Source: Calditrichales bacterium (GTDB lineage: Bacteria; Calditrichota; Calditrichia; Calditrichales; J004). From it: a DNA stretch of 64,000 nucleotides. Below, piece after piece: positions 18,095 through 30,175 of the stretch. The first letter of the stretch is position 1, and every line of letters starts with the position of its first letter. The stretch spans positions 2,439,805-2,503,804 of the forward strand of contig OZ254086.1 in NCBI GenBank assembly GCA_965267575.1. The letters run 5' to 3'. Both the position numbers and the translations under genes were made by a program. The notes under the pieces were generated by a model that did not search any database, had not been told where the DNA came from, and saw nothing but the letters and a program-made list of their open reading frames with translations.

Positions 18095-19036
18095 ATGAAG
18101 GATGAATCGCGACTGATATTTGTTGCTAAAGACCAAAAAGCTGTCAGAGAATTTAAAATATCTCGCCTGAAATTGTTTACCTACATTTCCATTTTCCTAG
18201 TAAGTTTTACTTTCTTTGGAAAAATAGGTCTGGATTTGTTGGTGGATTTTAGTCATAATTCACGCATTAAAACACTCGAGAGAACCAATGCTGTTCTCAA
18301 AGACCGTTTGCTTGAAGCCAAAACCCGCATAGATAGCATTAATCTTGCCATCGCAGATATCATTCGTAAAGATGACCAGCTGCGCGTTGTGCTGGGCTTA
18401 GATAAGCTCAGTTCGGATATGCGCGAAGTGGGTATCGGGGGTGCTGACTTTAATTATGATTTTAAAGACGAAGTAAGCGGCTTTGAAGACAACATCGGGT
18501 TGGGTGAGCAGCTTTCCGAGTTGGCCAAACTGGAGCGTGAAGTGGCGCTTGCCAGGCGCAGTTATGAAGAGTTGATGGTTACCTTTAACAGCAAACAGGA
18601 TTCCATTCAATTCCTGCCTTCACTTAAACCCGTTCTTGACGGTTTTGTCTCCAGCAATTATGGAATGAGACGCCATCCTATTCTTAAAAGAGTCCGGCAT
18701 CATGATGGTATGGATTTTTCAGCCCGCCGCGGCACACCCGTGTACGCTTCAGCTGATGGCCATGTGGCCTATGTTGGCTATGCCGGCGGCTACGGCAAGG
18801 TTGTAAAAATTAACCACAAATACGGTTATGAGACATTTTACGGTCACCTTGATAAGTATGTAGTGCGAAAAGGTCAGGAAATAAAGCGCGGCCAGAAACT
18901 AGGTGAAGTGGGCAGCACGGGCCTCTCCACAAGTTCGCACCTGCACTATGAAGTGCGCTTTAAAGGTAAGCCTGTTAATCCCGAATTATATTATTTCGAT
19001 GACAACATTCTCAACGAGATGGTTGTTCAAAAGTAG
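18095..19036 (+). CDS. M23-family metallopeptidase (murein endopeptidase-like) with an N-terminal TM helix and coiled coil
   Basis: HHDGMDF...G.PVYASADGHV...GHL...SSHLHYEV zinc-ligand pattern. Confidence 0.9.
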   Translation: MKDESRLIFVAKDQKAVREFKISRLKLFTYISIFLVSFTFFGKIGLDLLVDFSHNSRIKTLERTNAVLKDRLLEAKTRIDSINLAIADIIRKDDQLRVVLGLDKLSSDMREVGIGGADFNYDFKDEVSGFEDNIGLGEQLSELAKLEREVALARRSYEELMVTFNSKQDSIQFLPSLKPVLDGFVSSNYGMRRHPILKRVRHHDGMDFSARRGTPVYASADGHVAYVGYAGGYGKVVKINHKYGYETFYGHLDKYVVRKGQEIKRGQKLGEVGSTGLSTSSHLHYEVRFKGKPVNPELYYFDDNILNEMVVQK

Positions 19037-19057
19037 TTAAAAACACTTTTAAAATTT

Positions 19058-19082
19058 AAACCGCCCACGTGGCGGTTTTTTT
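19058..19082 (+). terminator. Rho-independent terminator
   Basis: AAACCGCC-CACGT-GGCGGTTT followed by a T-run. Confidence 0.7.
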
Positions 19083-19098
19083 GTTTGTGGTCAGCTAA

Positions 19099-20067
19099 AT
19101 GAAAAAATACCTGTACCTTTTAGCGATTGCATTTTTGGTCTCTTCCGTTGCAGGCCAGGATAGCATTAAGATTTATTTTACGGGCGACGTCACCCTCTCC
19201 AATCATTTCGAGAATCATGTCGGCCGCAATTATGGCTATGCGTTTGAACGCATGCCCTGGTTCGCCGATGCTGATATTAGCATGGTAAATCTGGAAAACC
19301 CTCTTACGAGACGGGGTGAACCACAGGAAAAGCTGTTTACTTTCAGGGCGCCTCCGGAGTATTGTGAAGTGCTTAAGGCCGGCGGTATTGATATAGTGAC
19401 TTTAGCCAATAACCATATGTATGATTTTGGTGATGCCGGCTTGCTCGACACGATCGAATATTTGCGTAAAGCAGGGATTCTTTATGTTGGTGCGGGGCGT
19501 AATATGGATGAAGCACGCGCGCCCGTTATTATGGAGATTAAAGGTCTCCGAGTGGCATTTTTAGGTTACTATGGAACAGGCCGCCATTCCAACTCGCGTC
19601 CGGCAACGGCAGATTCCGCAGGGACGGCAATGCGCTACTTACCCTATATCGAAACGGATATAGCCGCTATACGCGACAAAGTAGATTATATCATTATCAA
19701 CTTTCACTGGGGGTTGGAAAAGGCAAATTACCCCACGCCCGAAGAACAGTACTTCGCGCGCAAGGTTGTTGATGCCGGTGCTGATGTCATTGTAGGACAT
19801 CATCCACATGTACTTCAGGGGATAGAGAAGTATAAGGGCAGGATAATTGCTTATTCGCTTGGGAATTTTATTTTTGGCGGCAATTCGCGGACGCATGAGA
19901 AGTCGGCGATACTGGAATTAAAATTAAGCAAAGATAATATGCAGGCTGATATAATCCCCATTTCTATCGACTTTTGGCAGCCTTCACGGCTGAATGGAGA
20001 GGCGGCAAAAGCGGTCATAGATTCAGTGAAAAAGTATTCAACAATATTTGAAGAAACGATTTTTTAA
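19099..20067 (+). CDS. CapA-family (PGA_cap metallophosphatase-like) protein
   Basis: Signal peptide. Motifs GDV...N.E, ANNH..D.G, HWG.E and VIVGHHPHVLQG typical of CapA. Confidence 0.85.
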   Translation: MKKYLYLLAIAFLVSSVAGQDSIKIYFTGDVTLSNHFENHVGRNYGYAFERMPWFADADISMVNLENPLTRRGEPQEKLFTFRAPPEYCEVLKAGGIDIVTLANNHMYDFGDAGLLDTIEYLRKAGILYVGAGRNMDEARAPVIMEIKGLRVAFLGYYGTGRHSNSRPATADSAGTAMRYLPYIETDIAAIRDKVDYIIINFHWGLEKANYPTPEEQYFARKVVDAGADVIVGHHPHVLQGIEKYKGRIIAYSLGNFIFGGNSRTHEKSAILELKLSKDNMQADIIPISIDFWQPSRLNGEAAKAVIDSVKKYSTIFEETIF

Positions 20068-20113
20068 GCTTACTTTTAAAGTTTTGTATTATTAAAATTG
20101 TATTGGAATTATC

Positions 20114-20400
20114 ATGTCGGTTAGCGTGAAAGACCTGGAGAAAATAGCCCAACTGGCGCGGCTCAATTTAAGCGAGGAAGAGAAAAAGACATTCCTGGCG
20201 CAGTTCAATGACATCCTTGGTTATGTGGAAAAGCTTTCCGAACTGGACACGGAGGGAGTTGAGCCTTTGGCCCATAGCCTGGACCTGCAAAATGTGATGC
20301 GCGAAGATAAAGAAAAACCTTCGCTGGATCGTGACAAGGCGCTGCAGAACGCGCCATCGCACAACTCCGAATTTTTCCGGGTACCGAAGGTCGTATCAAA

Positions 20401-20404
<4 letters not shown>
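20114..20404 (+). CDS. gatC: Asp/Glu-tRNA(Asn/Gln) amidotransferase subunit C
   Basis: IAQLARLNLSEEEKKTFLAQFNDILGYVEKLSELDTEGVEPL is canonical GatC. Confidence 0.9.
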
Positions 20405-22771
<2,367 letters not shown>

Positions 22772-22822
22772 CTTATGCTTCATACCGAGTTTTAACATAA
22801 TACCCCACGGTTTAAAGCTGGT

Positions 22823-23800
22823 ATGAGAGAATCATTAAAAAAGAAAATAGCGCTCGTTAAATGCTCCGATGAGCTTAGGCCGCAAGTCCGCGAATGGCTG
22901 GTTCAGATGCCCGGGCAAACGGATACTGTGTTTGCCGCTTCTTTCCTGGAAATAAAGGATAAAGTGGTTTTTGATGATATTATCCTGGTACTTTCCGAGC
23001 TGAACACTGAACACGACAAAAGCATCGAGTTTCTGCGCTCTGTCATGTCGGTTAACCCGCTTATCCAGCGCATCGCCATCCTGAATGATCTTGATTTTTC
23101 TTCCCTGAGTCGTGCCGTAAACCGCGCCCATATTGACTACGTCATAACCAAGCCGCTGGACAAAATGCATTTTCAACATATCGTTCATAAAGCGCTGCGC
23201 CGCTACGAGATTGTCTCCAAGCCGTTCCGCAAGTTCGAGGTTTTAAGTGAGGTGACCGAAGACCTGCTGCAGCAAAATGAGCGTTTTCGCCAGGAAGCAT
23301 CCAGCGACCCTTTGACCAAGCTGCTTAACCGCCGCTCGTTCGATTCCTTCTGCATGCGTTTCTGGGAGCGCTGGCAGCGCAGCCAGGTTACCTTTTGCCT
23401 GGCGCTGATCGATCTGGACCATTTCAAATCGATCAATGACACGTACGGACATGTCTGCGGGGACGAAGTTTTGCGCAGCGTGGCACAAATGCTGCAAAAG
23501 AACCAACGCTCGGGTATCGACTTTGCGTTTCGCTACGGCGGGGAGGAATTCGCCGTCTTGTCGATTACCACGGAGCCGGATGAGATGCATAACTACATCA
23601 AAAGGCTGGTGCGCGAATTGCGCGAAAGCGTGATCCGTACGGGCGACGGCAAGCAGGTCCGCGTTACGATGAGTGCCGGTATTTCAACCGTCTATACCAG
23701 CGACTCCCTGGAAGAATTAATCGCCAAAGCCGACGAAGCACTGTATAAAGCTAAAGAAGCCGGACGCGACCGCGCCATACTCAATTACGATCTTTTTTAG
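22823..23800 (+). CDS. Diguanylate cyclase (GGDEF, active-site GGEEF) with an N-terminal receiver-like domain
   Basis: DPLTKLLNRRSF, DLDHFKSINDTYGH, RYGGEEF. N-terminal REC-like fold ending in TKPLD. Confidence 0.88.
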   Translation: MRESLKKKIALVKCSDELRPQVREWLVQMPGQTDTVFAASFLEIKDKVVFDDIILVLSELNTEHDKSIEFLRSVMSVNPLIQRIAILNDLDFSSLSRAVNRAHIDYVITKPLDKMHFQHIVHKALRRYEIVSKPFRKFEVLSEVTEDLLQQNERFRQEASSDPLTKLLNRRSFDSFCMRFWERWQRSQVTFCLALIDLDHFKSINDTYGHVCGDEVLRSVAQMLQKNQRSGIDFAFRYGGEEFAVLSITTEPDEMHNYIKRLVRELRESVIRTGDGKQVRVTMSAGISTVYTSDSLEELIAKADEALYKAKEAGRDRAILNYDLF

Positions 23801-23871
23801 TCATACCAAAAATTACCTTCCACGCATATTTCTTAGTACATTAGCTGCTTTCACAAAATGGCACAGGGAAA

Positions 23872-24522
23872 ATGAAATACAAAGGTGTACTGCTCGACTT
23901 TGACGGGGTGGTTTTAAAAAGCATGGAGCAACATTATGATGCCTGGAGCAGGGTGTTCGCCGAAAAGGGCACGCGCATAGAGCGGAAGGTATTTTACCGT
24001 ATGGAGGGACAGGGCATAAACACCATTGCCCGGCAACTGGCCGAACATTACAATCTCAATCCCGACGAAACAGAAGAGTGGGTGACGGCGAAGGTGCGCT
24101 ACTATTACCAGCAGGAAAAAGCGGAATTTTATCCCTATTTCAGGGAGATGCTTAAGAATTTAAACGATCGTTCCGTGCCGCTGGCCGTGGTTACCGGCGG
24201 CAATAAACAACGTGTTAAAAGTACGATTGACAAGCACCTGGATGGTCGTTTTGACGCGCTGGTAAGCTTTGATGACGTTGAAAACGGCAAACCCCACCCT
24301 GAGCCCTTTTTGCGTGGCGCGGAAAAGCTGGGTCTGCCGGCTTCCGAATGTATTGTAATTGAAAACGCGCCGCTGGGCATCCGCTCGGCCCGGGATGCCG
24401 GATGCCACGTGATCGCCATTACGACGACACTGCCCGCCGAAGAGCTAGACGGCGCCCATACGATAGTAAATGATTTCCGCCAGGCTGAAGAAATTTTGCA
24501 AAAACTGCTGGCGTTCAGCTGA
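23872..24522 (+). CDS. HAD-superfamily hydrolase (beta-phosphoglucomutase-like subfamily IA)
   Basis: LLDFDGVV motif I, VVTGG motif II, K...ENAPLGIRSARDAG motifs III/IV. Confidence 0.85.
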   Translation: MKYKGVLLDFDGVVLKSMEQHYDAWSRVFAEKGTRIERKVFYRMEGQGINTIARQLAEHYNLNPDETEEWVTAKVRYYYQQEKAEFYPYFREMLKNLNDRSVPLAVVTGGNKQRVKSTIDKHLDGRFDALVSFDDVENGKPHPEPFLRGAEKLGLPASECIVIENAPLGIRSARDAGCHVIAITTTLPAEELDGAHTIVNDFRQAEEILQKLLAFS

Positions 24523-24539
24523 ATAATTAAGGATTAAAA

Positions 24540-24905
24540 ATGTACAAACTTTCAACCCGAACCATGATTAGCGCGGCCCATGTGCTGCGTGACTATGACG
24601 GCCCCTGTTCGCGCCTGCATGGCCACAACTGGACCGTTAAGGTGGATGTGCTGGCCGAACAACTTAACAAAGTGGGGCTGGCCATCGATTTTAAGGATAT
24701 TGACCTCATCGTGCAGAAGGTGGTGGGCCGATTTGATCATCAGAATTTTAACGAGATCGCGCCTTTTGACAAAATCAATCCCACGGCCGAAAATATCGCG
24801 CGTTACTTTTACCATGAGATAAAGGCGCATTTGCCGGAAGCCATCCGGCTGGATAAAGTAAGTATCTGGGAGACGGAGAATTACCTTGTCGAGTACTTCG
24901 AATAA
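24540..24905 (+). CDS. queD: 6-carboxy-5,6,7,8-tetrahydropterin synthase
   Basis: CSRLHGHNW...FDHQNFNE...ENIARYF is the QueD/PTPS pattern. Confidence 0.9.
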   Translation: MYKLSTRTMISAAHVLRDYDGPCSRLHGHNWTVKVDVLAEQLNKVGLAIDFKDIDLIVQKVVGRFDHQNFNEIAPFDKINPTAENIARYFYHEIKAHLPEAIRLDKVSIWETENYLVEYFE

Positions 24906-25554
24906 GAAAAAAGACGCGCTGCGCATCAACGAGATTTTTTACAGTATCCAGGGCGAATCGACATGGGCCGGCAGCCCCTGCGTGTTTGTGCGCCTGACCT
25001 ACTGCAATTTGCGTTGCCGCTGGTGTGACACGGAATATTCGTTCTACGAAGGCGATTGGCGCAGCTTTGATGACATCATCGGCGAGGTGAAAAGCTACGG
25101 CTGCAAGCTGGTGGAGGTGACCGGCGGTGAGCCGCTGGTACAGCAAAATGTGCTGCCGTTTATGCAACGCCTGTGCGATGAAGGTTTTACCGTGCTGCTG
25201 GAAACCGGCGGTCATATGGACCTCTCCGCGGTGGATGAGCGTGTCGGGCGCATCATCGATGTAAAGTGTCCCGGCAGTGGCGAGTCCGAAAAAATGTACT
25301 GGCCCAACCTGCAAAATATCAGGCCGGCCGACCAGGTCAAATTCGTTATCGCGGACCGCCCTGATTTTGACTATGCCCTGAATGTAATCAACAAATACGA
25401 CCTTGCGACGCGCACAACAGCGCTGCTTTCCCCGGTGTTTGGCGAACTGCAGCCCGTGGAGCTGGCGCAATGGATTCTTGAATCAAAGCTGCCCCTGCGC
25501 ATGCAACTGCAAATGCACAAATTTATCTGGGAGCCCGACACACGCGGCGTGTAG
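24886..25554 (+). CDS. queE: 7-carboxy-7-deazaguanine synthase (radical SAM)
   Basis: INEIFYSIQGEST...VRLTYCNLRCRWCDT. TTG start overlapping the end of queD, with no in-frame ATG upstream of the conserved N-terminus. Confidence 0.9.
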   Translation: MSSTSNKKKDALRINEIFYSIQGESTWAGSPCVFVRLTYCNLRCRWCDTEYSFYEGDWRSFDDIIGEVKSYGCKLVEVTGGEPLVQQNVLPFMQRLCDEGFTVLLETGGHMDLSAVDERVGRIIDVKCPGSGESEKMYWPNLQNIRPADQVKFVIADRPDFDYALNVINKYDLATRTTALLSPVFGELQPVELAQWILESKLPLRMQLQMHKFIWEPDTRGV

Positions 25555-25668
25555 GGAAACTGTTAAAATTCGGAGCGCGATACTCTCAGGTGTCATTCTG
25601 AACGAAGTAAAGAATCCTTATGTTTTGTATTGAGGCTTTAAAAGGGAATAAAAAAAGCGGAGAAAAAA

Positions 25669-26022
25669 ATGTCCAAAATTGAAGTTTTTGAAAACAAATA
25701 TCCCGATCGTGACTATTACATCACGCACGTCAATGAAGAATTCACGTCGGTTTGTCCCAAGACAGGCCTGCCCGATTTTGGCACCATTACCATCGATTAC
25801 ATTCCGGACAAGCTGTGCCTGGAACTGAAGTCGCTGAAATACTACTTCCTGGAATTCCGCAACGAAGGCATTTTTTACGAGCAGGTGACCAATAAAATCC
25901 TCGATGACCTGGTGGCGGCCTGCAATCCGCGCTTTATGTCCATTACCGGCGAATTCAGTGTACGCGGCGGAATGCACTCCACGGTGGTGGCCGAATACCA
26001 CGGCAAGGACAAAGAGGCGTGA
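25669..26022 (+). CDS. queF: NADPH-dependent 7-cyano-7-deazaguanine reductase (unimodular type)
   Basis: EFTSVCPKTGLPDFGTI...SLKYYFLEFRNEGIFYE. Confidence 0.9.
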   Translation: MSKIEVFENKYPDRDYYITHVNEEFTSVCPKTGLPDFGTITIDYIPDKLCLELKSLKYYFLEFRNEGIFYEQVTNKILDDLVAACNPRFMSITGEFSVRGGMHSTVVAEYHGKDKEA

Positions 26023-26708
26023 AGCCGGCGGCGGTTGTTTTAGTAAGCGGGGGCATGGATAGTTGTGTCAGCGCGGCCATTGCGGCGCAATCGCACGAGC
26101 CGGCCTTTCTGCATTTGAATTACGGGCAGAAAACGGAGCGCCGTGAGTTGAGGGCGTTTCATGATATCGCCTCCTATTATGCTGTACCCGAAGACCGTCG
26201 GCTGGTGGTGGACATGCGTCACTTCAGCGTGATCGGTGGCAGCAGCCTTACCGACAGCGGCATGCCCGTCAGCAAAGCGGACCTGACCAATAAGGAAATC
26301 CCCAGCAGCTACGTGCCGTTCCGTAATGCCAATATTTTGTCGATTGCGGTAAGCTACGCGGAAGTTATCGGCGCCAAAGCGATTTTTATCGGGGCGGTGG
26401 AGGAAGATTCATCGGGGTACCCCGACTGCCGGGAGAGTTTTTTCAAAGCTTTTAACCGTGTGATTGATGAGGGCACCAAACCGGATACACACATCGATAT
26501 CATCACGCCGTTAATACATATGAATAAAAAGCAGATTGTTGAACGCGGGATAGCGCTGAAAGCGCCGCTGGATAAAACCTGGTCCTGCTACCAGAATGAA
26601 GAAGAGGCCTGTGGTGTGTGCGACAGTTGCGCGTTGCGTCTGCGCGGATTCCGCCAGGCCGGCCAGGAAGACCCGCTGCCTTACGTTACCCGCCCGGACT
26701 ATTCGTAG
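26019..26708 (+). CDS. queC: 7-cyano-7-deazaguanine synthase
   Basis: VLVSGGMDS PP-loop and a C-terminal zinc cluster C..C..CDSC..R. GTG start overlapping queF. Confidence 0.93.
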   Translation: MKPAAVVLVSGGMDSCVSAAIAAQSHEPAFLHLNYGQKTERRELRAFHDIASYYAVPEDRRLVVDMRHFSVIGGSSLTDSGMPVSKADLTNKEIPSSYVPFRNANILSIAVSYAEVIGAKAIFIGAVEEDSSGYPDCRESFFKAFNRVIDEGTKPDTHIDIITPLIHMNKKQIVERGIALKAPLDKTWSCYQNEEEACGVCDSCALRLRGFRQAGQEDPLPYVTRPDYS

Positions 26709-27403
26709 ATATCAATATCCCTGAACAGGTATTCCAGATCCTGCAGCCTTTTCTCGATGGAGAAGGGCAACTCCTTGGCAAATACATCCAGAACCACAAG
26801 CGCGTTGAGGTTGGCGTCCTTGTCGACGGCGGAACGCATACGCGCGGCCATGCCCTGGTTTACGACCTGAATGCTGTTATAAATATCAGTGAGGTTGGAC
26901 ATATCCCAGTCCGGCTCTTTGCCGGCTTTGAGCTTGAAGTATTGCCCCAACAGGTAGCTGCTGGCGGAGCGGAAGACGGTCTCTTCGATGCTGGCGAAGG
27001 GGAGGTGAAAACGGACCATCGGGCGCAACGGCGCCATTACCGGGCAATCGCTGGTAACCATGAAGATGCCGAGCATTGCGCTCAGGCCGGATTGCAGCTG
27101 CGTATTCTGCGAATAATTGCGCTCGGCCGTTTCCACGATCACGTGGGCCTTTTCAAAAGAAAACATGCCGGAAAAGCGTTCGATGACCGGGCGCAGGTTG
27201 AGCGCCAGCGGACATTCCGGGTATTCCTCTTTGCTCAGCGGGCAGTTGCGGCACTGGTGGTGCTCCAGCTTCGTCCACGCCGAAGGTTCCGGGGCTTTAA
27301 AGTGCTGCAGCTTAAGCGTTTCCCTGTCCAGGTAAATTTCAAAATTTTCCTTTTTGCCGTCTTCAAAGATGAAGAAATATTTGAAATAGAGTGTATTTTC
27401 CAT
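26699..27403 (-). CDS. Hypothetical Cys-containing protein; no family recognised
   Basis: Coding-like composition on the minus strand, whereas the plus-strand ORF 26618..27472 is R/A/G-rich antisense noise. ATG at 27403 (MENTLYFKYF...). Contains HHQCRNCP...YPECP. Its 3' end overlaps queC by 10 nt. Confidence 0.6.
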   Translation of the reverse strand: MENTLYFKYFFIFEDGKKENFEIYLDRETLKLQHFKAPEPSAWTKLEHHQCRNCPLSKEEYPECPLALNLRPVIERFSGMFSFEKAHVIVETAERNYSQNTQLQSGLSAMLGIFMVTSDCPVMAPLRPMVRFHLPFASIEETVFRSASSYLLGQYFKLKAGKEPDWDMSNLTDIYNSIQVVNQGMAARMRSAVDKDANLNALVVLDVFAKELPFSIEKRLQDLEYLFRDIDIYE

Positions 27404-27503
27404 AAAAGCCTGTCCCTTATTATCGTAATAAACAGAGTCGCTTACCGCCGGAAGTCTCAAAACTCGGCATAAAATAATACTATTGCCAATAAAATGTTTA
27501 TTT

Positions 27504-27536
27504 CAAAAAAAGGAGCAAGGGGTTGGCCCTTGCTCC
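27504..27536 (-). terminator. Rho-independent terminator of the 27575..29866 gene
   Basis: On the minus strand: GGAGCAAGGG-CCAAC-CCCTTGCTCC followed by T7. Confidence 0.75.
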
Positions 27537-27574
27537 CTGTATAGAGCGAAATATTCCGTTGCTGTATTTTTCGC

Positions 27575-29866
27575 TTATTTGATCAACAGCATCTTGCGTA
27601 CATCCACGTCAACACCGTTAACCATAAGGCGGACAAACAGCATACCGCTGCTGTGGGTAGTACCGTTGTAGGTGGCGCTGTAGTCCCCGGGAGCCATGCG
27701 GCTGTCTACCAGCGTTTGCAGCTTGCGCCCGCTAACATCATAGACCTCCAGCACGATGTGCGCTTCTTTGGCCACGCTGTAGGTTATCGTCGTTTGCGGG
27801 TTAAACGGGTTGGGGTAGTTTTGCTTTAACGTAAACGATTGCGGCGTTGCCCTGTGCAGCTCATCTTCATCGAGGCCGGTGGGCTGCTCAACAAGCAGCA
27901 TGCGCTTTACATATTTTTCTTCTGCATTATTGGCATCCACATGGATGGAGTAGAAGTACGCATCCTGACTTTGACCGGCATTGGTGAGGGCGGCAATCTG
28001 GCCGTCGCCTTGCGGAATGCTGTCCACGTGCACCGTCCATGTGTGCGAAACGGAGGTGTTGCCGGGGATGCCACCGTAAACGACGCTGGAATCGTTCTTG
28101 CCGTCCACAGATAAACCGGCCGGCAGGTACAACGTGCTGAAACTGCTGTCCGCGGCCACATTGCCGTTATTAAAAATATTCACTACAACATCAAAATATT
28201 CCGGTTCTACCACATCGCCATCGGCCTTAACGCTGGTGGGCGCTTCCACAACGGTAACAAGCGGCGGCAGCAGATCCATATTGGGAACGATGAAACGGAA
28301 GGACGTATTGTTGGAGCTGTTGGATTCGACGATGCTGGAGGAACGGTCGATCGCCACATAAACGGCGTGGTACTCCGGCGCGTCGGGCACTGTCCAGTCC
28401 TGCATAAAGGTCACGCTTTCACCGGCCGGGATGGAATCGGCGACAAAAACCAGGCTGATCGAATAACCGGCCTGCGGATCGCCGTCGAAAAACTGCACCG
28501 GCACGTTGTAGGCCGTTTCAAAACCGACGTTGGTGATCTCGGCCGAAACCTTGATCGGATCGCCGGGGTTACGCTCGGCGGAATCAGGATCGAAGGTGAT
28601 ATCGGCGGAAGAGATGGAAAGATCGGGCAGGGCCAGCGCGAAGTTCAGCGGCATGAAGTCGGCGCCAAAACCACCATTGGTGGAGGTGATGATCGAGACG
28701 TTCTCACTGCTGTTCACTTCATAGATCGCTTTGGTGGACGCCAGCCTGTGATGACCGCCGGCGGGCAGCACGTCATTGTAGACGGTATCGCCCGTTGCAG
28801 TGTTTGTAATAAGGATCTGGTTGTTGTTCTCAAAGGAGAAAATATCAAAATCGCCGCCGATGACCGGTGTATAAAAATGGGTGCCCAGACCCAAACCCGA
28901 TTCGTCGATCTGGCGGGCCATGTAATAATAGTTGCCCGTCCATGCCGCGTAAGGCGTGTTGCAGACGGTCACGGGTTTATCGGTCATAACTTCCCAGTAA
29001 GTATCACCATAAATGGAAACGGAAGCGGCTTCACCGGCGGAAATGACGCCCTGGTCCAGCGTATCACCGCTGACCTTGTCGGTAATCAGGTAATTGGTGG
29101 AATCGTTGTAGGCGGTAACGATTACGCCATTGGCCCAGCTGCCCACGTAGCCGGAGAATCCGTAGAAATGCGAGCCGCTGAAGGTGCCGTTTGTGGCCGG
29201 GATAAAGTAGCCCTGGTCGGCATAGCTGAGCGCGGAAACCGGCTTGTTAGCGGTAACACCCAAAAATTTACTGAATTGATTGTCCAGCACCATGTGTTCG
29301 CCTTTGTTGAGAATACCGGCGGCCACCGTAGAGGTATCGGTAAGGCTTTTCACGGTCACTTCGGTACCGTCGTTATAGGCGAAGACGATAAAGTGCTCGC
29401 CGCCCCAGTAAGAGGCCGGCATAAACGTGTTAAGGCGCGTGGAAACGGGACTGCCCGATTCGTCCACGGCAAAAAATCCCATTACGCTCTGCGATACCGG
29501 GTCGCCGATAAGCAGCGAAAAAGAGTTGTTGCCTTCAATGCGGTAGATACCGGCGCCGGGAGAAAAAGAGTGAAACTGGTTGGCATCGAGATAGACCGTA
29601 TCCAGCGGCACGCTGTCCTGGCTGATGAGATAAAAAACGGACTCGTTAAAGTAGCTGAAAAGCACGATATCCTGGAATGTGTACGTCGTTGTGGCAAAAA
29701 CGAATGTATCATCCAGGAAAGATGTAGCGACGCGCGGCGGTTGTGCCGGCATCATGGCTTGTGGCTCAAATTGCGGCTGCTGTCCGGGCGCCGCACCGGG
29801 AGCGTTTTGGGAATAAAGGCCGGAAAGAGAAAAAAGCAGGGTTATTAGGATTGTAAAAAAGCGCAT
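27575..29866 (-). CDS. Secreted protein with a CARDB-like region and a T9SS C-terminal domain
   Basis: Signal peptide MRFFTILITLLFSLSGLYSQ; ATG at 29866 is 6 nt from GGAGGT. C-terminus QNYPNPFNPQTTITY...RKMLLIK. Confidence 0.75.
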   Translation of the reverse strand: MRFFTILITLLFSLSGLYSQNAPGAAPGQQPQFEPQAMMPAQPPRVATSFLDDTFVFATTTYTFQDIVLFSYFNESVFYLISQDSVPLDTVYLDANQFHSFSPGAGIYRIEGNNSFSLLIGDPVSQSVMGFFAVDESGSPVSTRLNTFMPASYWGGEHFIVFAYNDGTEVTVKSLTDTSTVAAGILNKGEHMVLDNQFSKFLGVTANKPVSALSYADQGYFIPATNGTFSGSHFYGFSGYVGSWANGVIVTAYNDSTNYLITDKVSGDTLDQGVISAGEAASVSIYGDTYWEVMTDKPVTVCNTPYAAWTGNYYYMARQIDESGLGLGTHFYTPVIGGDFDIFSFENNNQILITNTATGDTVYNDVLPAGGHHRLASTKAIYEVNSSENVSIITSTNGGFGADFMPLNFALALPDLSISSADITFDPDSAERNPGDPIKVSAEITNVGFETAYNVPVQFFDGDPQAGYSISLVFVADSIPAGESVTFMQDWTVPDAPEYHAVYVAIDRSSSIVESNSSNNTSFRFIVPNMDLLPPLVTVVEAPTSVKADGDVVEPEYFDVVVNIFNNGNVAADSSFSTLYLPAGLSVDGKNDSSVVYGGIPGNTSVSHTWTVHVDSIPQGDGQIAALTNAGQSQDAYFYSIHVDANNAEEKYVKRMLLVEQPTGLDEDELHRATPQSFTLKQNYPNPFNPQTTITYSVAKEAHIVLEVYDVSGRKLQTLVDSRMAPGDYSATYNGTTHSSGMLFVRLMVNGVDVDVRKMLLIK

Positions 29867-29977
29867 TTGCACCTCCTGTGTTTGACTAAAATCCTTGAGG
29901 TATATTTCGGAATTAATACGGCGCTTTTTAGGGGAAATGTTTTTGCGGCTGTCTTTTGTGATACAGAACAGGCAAGG

Positions 29978-30175
29978 TCAGTCTTTTTGCGCTCCCGAGA
30001 TATTAAAGCGCTTGAGGAAAAGCGCTTCCGACTCCACGGTACTGATCATTATCATTTCGCTGTTTTCGGCAAGCTGCGTGCCGGCTTTGGGGTTGATCTC
30101 CTTGGTGCCGTTTTTGCGTAGGCCGATGATGCTGCAGCCGGTCTGTCTGCGGAAGTCGGTTTGGGCGTAAGCTAT
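29978..30175 (-). pseudogene. 3' remnant of a gene encoding a TrkA-C (RCK_C) domain
   Basis: The minus-strand frame reads ...AQTDFRRQTGCSIIGLRKNGTKEINPKAGTQLAENSEMIMISTVESEALFLKRF...*, a TrkA-C consensus shape. There is no upstream gene body; homology stops where the AT-rich DNA begins. Confidence 0.55.

Noticed and set aside
25592-25617. GTCATTCTGAACGAAGTAAAGAATCC, which resembles a short repeat I recall from other genomes (GTCATTCTGAGCGnAGCGAAGAATC-like).
   Set aside because: There is only one copy in this window and only a 5-bp stem (ATTCT/AGAAT). I cannot show it is a repeat family here without the rest of the genome.
25555-25668. Possible preQ1 riboswitch in the queE-queF spacer or upstream of queD.
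   Set aside because: I could not find the small hairpin plus A-rich tail (AAAAAACUA-type) of preQ1-I or a preQ1-II-like fold. The queD upstream gap is only 17 nt. A covariance-model scan (Rfam PreQ1 families) would be decisive.
28367-29848. A 493-aa plus-strand ORF, plus other long antisense ORFs: 26618..27472, 21908..22681, 24775..25470, 33197..34003, 45144..45884, 45963..46712 and 37284..37841.
   Set aside because: Each lies antisense to a gene with clear family motifs or coding-like composition. Their translations are R/G/A/H-rich and low-complexity, without signal peptides or motifs. This is typical of shadow ORFs in moderately GC-rich genes.
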